Source: the human T2T-CHM13v2.0 reference genome, Homo sapiens. From it: a stretch of 64,000 nucleotides of DNA. Below the pieces are notes generated by a model. It made no database searches and was not told where the DNA came from. It saw only the letters and a list, made by a program, of their open reading frames with translations. Both the position numbers and the translations under genes were made by a program. Positions within the stretch are counted from its first letter, which is position 1. Each line of letters opens with the position of its first letter. The stretch lies in assembly GCF_009914755.1 (NCBI RefSeq), contig NC_060948.1. One strand, given 5' to 3'. This document shows positions 56,585 through 64,000 of the stretch, piece by piece.

Positions 56585-59500
56585 GGCCTGGAATAAAGTG
56601 GAATGCTACGGTCTCGAATGGAATAAAAATGTATGGAATGGAATGCAATGAAACGGAATCGAATGTCATAGAATGTAATGGAATGCAAAAAAATGGACTC
56701 CAAAATCATTGACTAGAAAGGCTGGGTGTCGAAAGGAATTGACTCCAATGGAATGGAATCGAATGGAATGGAAGTGAATAGAATCGAACTAAATCGAATG
56801 GAATGGAATTGATAGGAACGGAATGGAAAGGAATGCAATGATTTGGCATGGAATGGAATCGAATGGCATCGAATGGAATGGAATGGAATGCAATGGAATG
56901 GAATGTATTAGAATGTAATGAACTTTAATGGAATGTACTCGAATGGATTCGACTGGAATGGAATGTTCTGGAAGTGAATGGACTCCAATGGACTGGATTA
57001 GGAAGGAATGGAATCGAACGGAATGGAATCTAATGGACTGGAATTAAATGGAAATGAGTCAAATTGAATAGCACGGAATTGAATTGAATGGAATCGAGTG
57101 CAATGGAATCTAATGAAACGGAAAGGAAAGGAATGGAATGGAATGGAATGGGCTGGAATGGAATGGAATCGAAACGAATGGAATGGAATCGAACTGAAGA
57201 GACTGGAATGGAATGCACTGGAATGGAAGGGAGTGTAATGGAAGGTTCTCGAAAAAAATGGAATCGAATGGAATGGAATTGAATGGAATGGAACAGAGTC
57301 GAATGGAATTGAATGGAATGGAATGGACTAGAGTGAAATGGAATCGAACCACAAGGAATGGACAGGAATAGAATGGTCTCGAATTGAATGGAATCGTACG
57401 AAATGGCATCAAACGGTATGGAATGGACAGCCACGGAATGGAATGCACTCGAATGCAATGTAGTCGAATCTAATGGACTGGAATAGAATGGACTCGACTG
57501 GTACGGACTCCAATGGAATGGAATCGAATGGAAGGGAATCTAACAGAATGGACTCGAAGTGAAAAGACTGCAATGGAAAGGTCTCGAATGGAATGGAAAT
57601 TAATGGAATGGAATGGAATCGAATGAAATGGAGTCAAAAGGAATGGAATCGAATGGCAAGAAATCGAATGTAATGGGATCGCAAGGAATTGCTGTGAACG
57701 TAACGGAATGGAATGGAATCCAAAGGAATGGAATAGAATGGAATGGAATCGAATGGAAAGGACTCGAATGGAAATCACTCGAATAGAATGCAATTTAATA
57801 AAATAGGATCAAATGTAATGGAATGGAATGGAAAGGAATCGAAACAAAAGGACTGGAGACAGATGGAATGGAATGGAACAGAGAGCAATGGTATAGAATG
57901 GAATGGAATCATCTGGAATGGAATTGAATGGAATGGAATAATATGAAATGGAATGGAATGGAATGGAATGCCCTTGAATTAAATGGACTGGAATGGAATG
58001 GACTCGAAGAGAGTGGCATGGAAAGTGTTGAAATAGAATGGAATGAACTCGCTTGGAATGGTATAGTATGCAATTCAATCGACTGGCAGGGAATCAAAAG
58101 GAATGTAATCGAATGGATTGGACTGGAATGCAATGGACTCGAATAGATTGGAAACGGAATGAAAGGAATGGAATGGAATAGTATGGAATGGAATGGAAAG
58201 GAATGGAGTGGAATAGACTAGAGTGGAATGGAATGGACTCGAAAGCAATGGACTGGAATGGAACTTTCTTGAATGGACTGGAATCAAACGGAATGGAATG
58301 CAATGCCATCAGATGTCATGGAATAAAATAGAATGAAAGAGAATCAAATGGAATTGAATCGAATGGAATCGAATGGATTGGAAAGGAATAGAATGGAATG
58401 GAATGGAATTGACTCAAATGGAATGGACTAGAATGGAATGGATTCGAATGGAAGGCAAAGGAATGGAATCTATTGGAATGGACTGTAATGGAATGGAATG
58501 GAAGGGATTGGAATGGACTCGAATGGAATGGACTGCAATAGAAAGGATTCGAATGGAATGAAAAAGAATTGAATGGAATAGAACAGAATGGAATCAAATC
58601 GAATGAAATGGAATGGAATAGAAAGGAATGGAATGAAATGGAATGGAAAGGATTCGAATGGAATGCAATCGAATGGAATGCAATCGAAAGGAATGGAATC
58701 GAACGGAATGGAATAAAATGGAAGAAAACTGGCAAGAAATGGAATCGAAATGAATGGAGTGTTATGGAACGGACTGAAAAGGAATTGAATGTAATAGAAT
58801 GGAGTGGAGTGGACTCGAATATAATGGACTGGAATGGAATGCAATCACATGGAATGGGAACGAATGGAATGGAATGGAAAGGAATGGAATCGAATGGAAA
58901 GGAATCGAATGGAAGGGAATGAAATTGAATCAACAGGAATGGAAGGGAATAGAATAGACGGTAATGGAATGGACTCGAATAGAATGGACACGAATGCTCA
59001 AATTGAATGGACTCGAATGGAATGGAAACGAAAGGAATGTCATCGAATGGAATTGAATCGATTGGAATGAAATCGCATAGAATGGAGTGGAATCAAATGG
59101 AATTGATTCGAAAGGAAAGGAAGCGAATGGACTGAAATGAAATGGAATGGAATTGAATGGAAAGTAATGCAATGGAATAGAATGGAACGAAATTTCACGG
59201 AATGGAATCAAACTGAATGGAATCAAATCAATGGAATATAATCAAATGGAATGGAAAGGAATTGAATGGAGTAGATTGGATTGGATGGGATTGGAATGAA
59301 ATGTACTGGAAAGGACTCGAATTTCATGAAACGGAATGGAATGAATTGGAACGGAATGGACTCGAATGGAATGGAATGTCATGGAATGGCATCAAATGGA
59401 ATGGAATCGAATGCAATGGAATGCTATGGAATGGAATGGAATGCATTGGAATGGAATGTCCTCTAATGGAATGGATTCGAGTGGAATGGAATCGAATAAG

Positions 59501-60106
59501 ATGGAGTCGAATGAAATGGAATTGAAAGGAATGGGACTGAATACAATGGAATATACTGGAATGTAATGTAATGAACTCGAATGTAATTGACTGGAATGGA
59601 ATGTACATGAATGGAATGTAATCGAATGGAAAGTAATCCAATGGAATAGAATCTAATGCAATAAAATCGACTCAATATAGTAGAATGTAATGGAATGGAG
59701 TGCAGTGCAATGGAATGGAATGGAATGGAATGCAATGGAATGGAAAGGAATGGGATGGAATGGATAGTAATGGACAGGAGTGAAATGGACTGGAAAAGAA
59801 TGGACTCAAATTGAAAGGGCTCGAAAGGAATGGAGTCAAATGGAATGGTCTGGAATGGAATGAACACGAACGTAATGCAATCCAATAGAATGGAATCGAA
59901 AGGCATGGAATATAAAGAAATGGAATCGAAGAGAATGGAAACAAATGGAATGGAATTGAATGGAATGGAATTGAATGGAATGGGAACGAATGGAGTGAAA
60001 TTGTATGCAGTAGAAGAGATTAGAATGGAATGCAAGCGAAAGGAAAGGAATGGATTGGAATGGAATGGAATTCATTGGACTTGAAGGGAATGTAGTGTAA
60101 TGGACA
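56585..60106 (+). repeat. DYZ1 unit, 3522 bp (diverged)
   Basis: GGCC 56585 to 60107. Confidence 0.9.
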
Positions 60107-63100
60107 GGCCTGGAATAAAGTGGAATGCTACGGTCTCGAATGGAATAAAAATGTATGGAATGGAATGCAATGAAACGGAATCGAATGTCATAGAATGTAA
60201 TGGAATGCAAAAAAATGGAATCCAAAATCATTGACTGGAAAGGCTGGGTGTCGAAAGGAATTGACTCCAATGGAATGGAATCGAATGGAATGGAAGTGAA
60301 TAGAATCGAACTAAATCGAATGGAATGGAATTGATAGGAATGGAATGGAAAGGAATGCAATGATTTGGCATGGAATGGAATCGAATGGCATCGAATGGAA
60401 TGGAATGGAATGCAATGGAATGGAGTGTATTAGAATGTAATGAACTTTAATGGAATGTACTCGAATGGATTCGACTGGAATGGAATGTTCTGGAAATGAA
60501 TGGACTCCAATGGAATGGATTCGAAAGGAATGGAATCTAATGGAATGGAATTAAATGGAAATGAATCAAATTGAATAGAACGGAATTGAATTGAATGGAA
60601 TCGAATGCAGTGGAATCTAATGAAACGGAAAGGAAAGGAATGGAATGGAATGGAATGGAATGGGCTGGAATGGAATGGAATCGAAACGAATGGAATGGAA
60701 TCGAACTGAAGAGACTGGAATGGAATGCACTGGAATGGAAGGGAGTGTAATGGAAGGTTCTCGAAAAAAATGGAATCGAAAGGAATGGAATTGAATGGAA
60801 CGGAATAGAGTCGAATGGAATTGAATGGAATGGAATGGACTAGAGTGAAATGGAATCGAACCACAAGGAATGGACAGGAATAGAATGTTCTCGAATTGAA
60901 TGGAATCGTATGGAATGGCATCAAACGGAATGGAATGGACAGCCACGGAATGGAATGCACTCGAATGCAATGGAGTCGAAACTAATGGACTGGAATAGAA
61001 TGGACTCGACTGGTACGGACTCCAATGGAATGGAATCGAATGGAAGGGAATCGAACGGAATGGACTCGAAGGGAAAAGACTGCAATGGAAAGGTCTCGAA
61101 TGGAATGGAAATTAATGGAATGGAATGGAATCGAATGAAATGGAGTCAAAAGGAATGGAATCGAATGGCAAGAAATCGAATGTAATGGAATCGCAAGGAA
61201 TTGATGTGAACGGAACGGAAAGGAATGGAATCCAAAGGAATGGAATAGAATGGAATGGAATCGAATGGAAAGGACTCGAATGGAAATCACTCGAATAGAA
61301 TGCAATTTAATAAAATAGGATCAAATGTAATGTAATGGAATGGAAAGGAATCGAAACGAAAGGAATGGAGACAGATGGAATGGAATGGAACAGAGAGCAA
61401 TGGTATAGAATGGAATGGAATCATCTGGAATGGAATTGAATGGAATGGAATAATATGAAATGGAATGGAATGGAATGGAATGTCCTTGAATTAAATGGAC
61501 TGGAATGGAATGGACTCGAACAGAGTGGAATGGAAAGTGTTGAAATAGAATGGAATGGACTCGTTTGGAATGGTCTAGTATGCAATGCAATCAACTGGCA
61601 GGGAATCAAAAGGAATGTAATCGAATGGATTGGACTGGAATGCAATGGACTCGAATAGATTGGAAACGGAAAGCAAAGGAATGGAATGGAATAGTATGGA
61701 ATGGAATGGAAAGGAATGGAGTGGAATAGACTAGAGTGGAATGGAATGGACTCGAAAGCAATGGACTGGAATGGAACTTTCTTGAATGGACTGGAACCAA
61801 ACGGAATGGAATGCAATGCAATCAAATGGCATGGAATAAATTAGAATGAAAGAGAATCAAATGGAATTGAATCGAATGGAATCGAATGGATTGGAAAGGA
61901 ATAGAATGGCATGGAGTGGAATTGTCTCAAATGGAATGGACTAGAATGGAATGGATTCGAATGGAAGGCAAAGGAATGGAATCTATTGGAATGGACTGTA
62001 ATGGAATGGAACGGAAGGGATTGAAATGGACTCGAATGGAATGGACTGCAATAAAAAGGATTCGAATGGAATGAAAAAGAATTGAATGGAATAGAACAGA
62101 ATGGAATCAAATCGAATGAAATGGAATGGAATAGAAAGGAATGGAATGAAATGGAATGGAAAGGATTCGAATGGAATGCAATCGAATGGAATGCAATCGA
62201 ATGGAATGGAATCGAACGGAATGGAATAAAATGGTAGAAAACTGGCAAGAAATGGAATCGAAATGAATGGAGTGTTATGGAACGGACTCAAAAGGAATTG
62301 AATGTAGTAGAATGGAGTGGAGTGGACTCGAATATAATGGACTGGAATGGAATGGGAACGAATGGAATGGAATGGAAAGGAATGGAATCGAATGGAAAGG
62401 AATCGAATGGAAGGAATGAAATTGAATCAACAGGAATGGAAGGGAGTAGAATAGAAGGTAATGGAATGGACTCGAATTGAATGGACACGAATGTTCAAAT
62501 TAAATGGACTCGAATGGAATGGAAACGAAAGGAATGTCATCGAATGGAATTGAATCGAATGGAATGAAATTACATAGAATGGAGTGGAATCAAATGGAAT
62601 TGAATCGAAAGGAAAGGAAGAGAATTGACTGAAATGAAATGGAATGGAATTGATTGGAAAGCAATGCAATGGAATAGAATGGAACGAAATTTCACGGAAT
62701 GGAATCAAACTGAATGGAATCAAATCAATGGAATCTAATGAAATGGAATGGAAAGGAATTGAAAGGAGTAGATTGGATTGGATGGGATTGGAATGAAATG
62801 TACTGGAAAGGACTCGAATTTCATGAAACGGAATGGAATGAATTAGAACGGAATGGACTCGAATGGAATGGAATGTCATGGAATGGCATCAAATGGAATG
62901 GCATCAAATGGAATGGAATCGAATGCAATGGAATGCTATGGAATGGAATGGAATGCATTGGAATGGAATGTCCTCTAATGGAATGGATTCGAGTGGAATG
63001 GAATCGAATATAATGGAGTCGAATGAAATGGAATTGAAAATAATGGGACCGAATACAATGGAATATACTGGAATGTAATGTAATGAACTCGAATGTAATT

Positions 63101-63629
63101 GACTGGAATGGAATGTACATGAATGGAATGTAATCGAATGGAAAGTAATCCAATGGAATAGAATCTAATGCAATAAAATCGACTCAAATAGAGTAGAATG
63201 TAATGGAATGGAGTGCAGTGCAATGGAATGGAATGGAATGGAATGCAATGGAATGGAATGGAATGGGATGGAATGGTATGGAATGGATAGTAATGGACAG
63301 GAGTGAAATGGACTGGAAAAGAATGGACTCAAATTGAAAGGGCTCAAAAGGAATGGAGTCAAATGGAATGGTCTGGAATGGAATGAATACGAATGTAATG
63401 CAATCCAATAGAATGGAATCGAATGGTATGGAATATAAAGAAATGGAATCGAAGAGAATGGAAACAAATGGAATGGAATTGAATGGAATGGAATTGAATG
63501 GAATGGGAACGAATGGAGTGAAATTGTATGCAGTAGAAGAGAATAGAATGGAATGCAAGCGAAAGGAAAGGAATGGATTGGAATGGAATGGAATTCATTC
63601 GAATGGAAGGGAATGTAGTGTAATGGACA
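60107..63629 (+). repeat. DYZ1 unit, 3523 bp (diverged)
   Basis: GGCC 60107 to 63630. Confidence 0.9.
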
Positions 63630-64000
63630 GGCCTGGAATAAAGTGGAATGCTACGGTCTCGAATGGAATAAAAATGTATGGAATGGAATGCAATGAGACG
63701 GAATCGAATGTCATAGAATGTAATGGAATGCAAAAAAATGGACTCCAAAATCATTGACTAGAAAGGCTGGGTGTCGAAAGGAATTGACTCCAATGGAATG
63801 GAATCGAATGGAGTGGAAGTGAATAGAATCGAACTGAATCGAATGGAATGGAATTGATAGGAACGGAATGGAAAGGAATGCAATGATTTGGCATGGAATG
63901 GAATCGAATGGCATCGAAAGGAATGGAATGGAATGCAATGGAATGGAATGTATTAGAATGTAATGAACTTTAATGGAATGTACTCGAATGGATTCGACTG
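63630..64000 (+). repeat. Partial DYZ1 unit
   Basis: Starts at GGCC 63630 and runs off the window. Confidence 0.9.

Larger units (their letters stand above)
1..64000 (+). repeat. DYZ1: Human Satellite III (HSat3) tandem array, DYZ1-type (Yq12 heterochromatin), GGAAT strand on +
   Basis: Continuous degenerate GGAAT pentamers. Unique landmarks (GGACAGGCCTGGAATAAAGTGGA, GGCTGGGTGTCGA, TTTAATAAAATAGGATC) recur every ~3.56 kb. One HaeIII site per unit and usually one EcoRI site (GAATTC 2718-2723). The 3564-bp unit equals the classical DYZ1 length. As recalled, 2621-2643 and 2752-2774 match the classic DYZ1 sexing-PCR primer sites. The Y assignment rests on recalled knowledge, not a database search. 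Confidence 0.95.

Noticed and set aside
1-64000. G-quadruplex, telomeric repeat, inversion or DYZ2 block
   Set aside because: G-runs are mostly GG with only scattered GGG; no TTAGGG arrays, no switch to ATTCC on the + strand, and no AT-rich/Alu segment seen.
1-64000. HSat2 or chr9 HSat3 identity
   Set aside because: Lacks the HSat2 CATTCGATTC-dominated pattern; the 3564-bp HaeIII unit and diagnostic sequences fit DYZ1. BLAST against T2T chrY would confirm.

Overview
The whole 64 kb is one uninterrupted, single-orientation human Satellite III (HSat3) array: a degenerate (GGAAT)n pentamer on the + strand, organised into a ~3.56-kb higher-order unit with one HaeIII (GGCC) site per unit. Unit length (3564 bp in canonical copies), the HaeIII/EcoRI landmarks and diagnostic sequence match the Y-chromosome Yq12 DYZ1 repeat. 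There are 18 GGCC landmarks (2757 to 63630), giving 17 complete units of 3564, 3554, 3564, 3569, 3569, 3543, 3573, 3538, 3114, 3584, 3562, 3552, 3552, 3549, 4441, 3522 and 3523 bp. I found no credible protein-coding gene, RNA gene, transposon, DYZ2/Alu block or inversion. All listed ORFs are translations of the pentamer (MEWNG/FHSIP). I cannot support a new gene-based system here. The points of interest are internal: three perfect heat-shock elements per unit plus two de novo gains, a 440-bp deletion unit, an ~887-bp internal duplication, 7.1-kb dimer periodicities, subtype boundaries, a possible gene-conversion patch, a bias toward 15-bp indels, and a strand-biased mutation cluster. All comparisons were made by eye, not by alignment.
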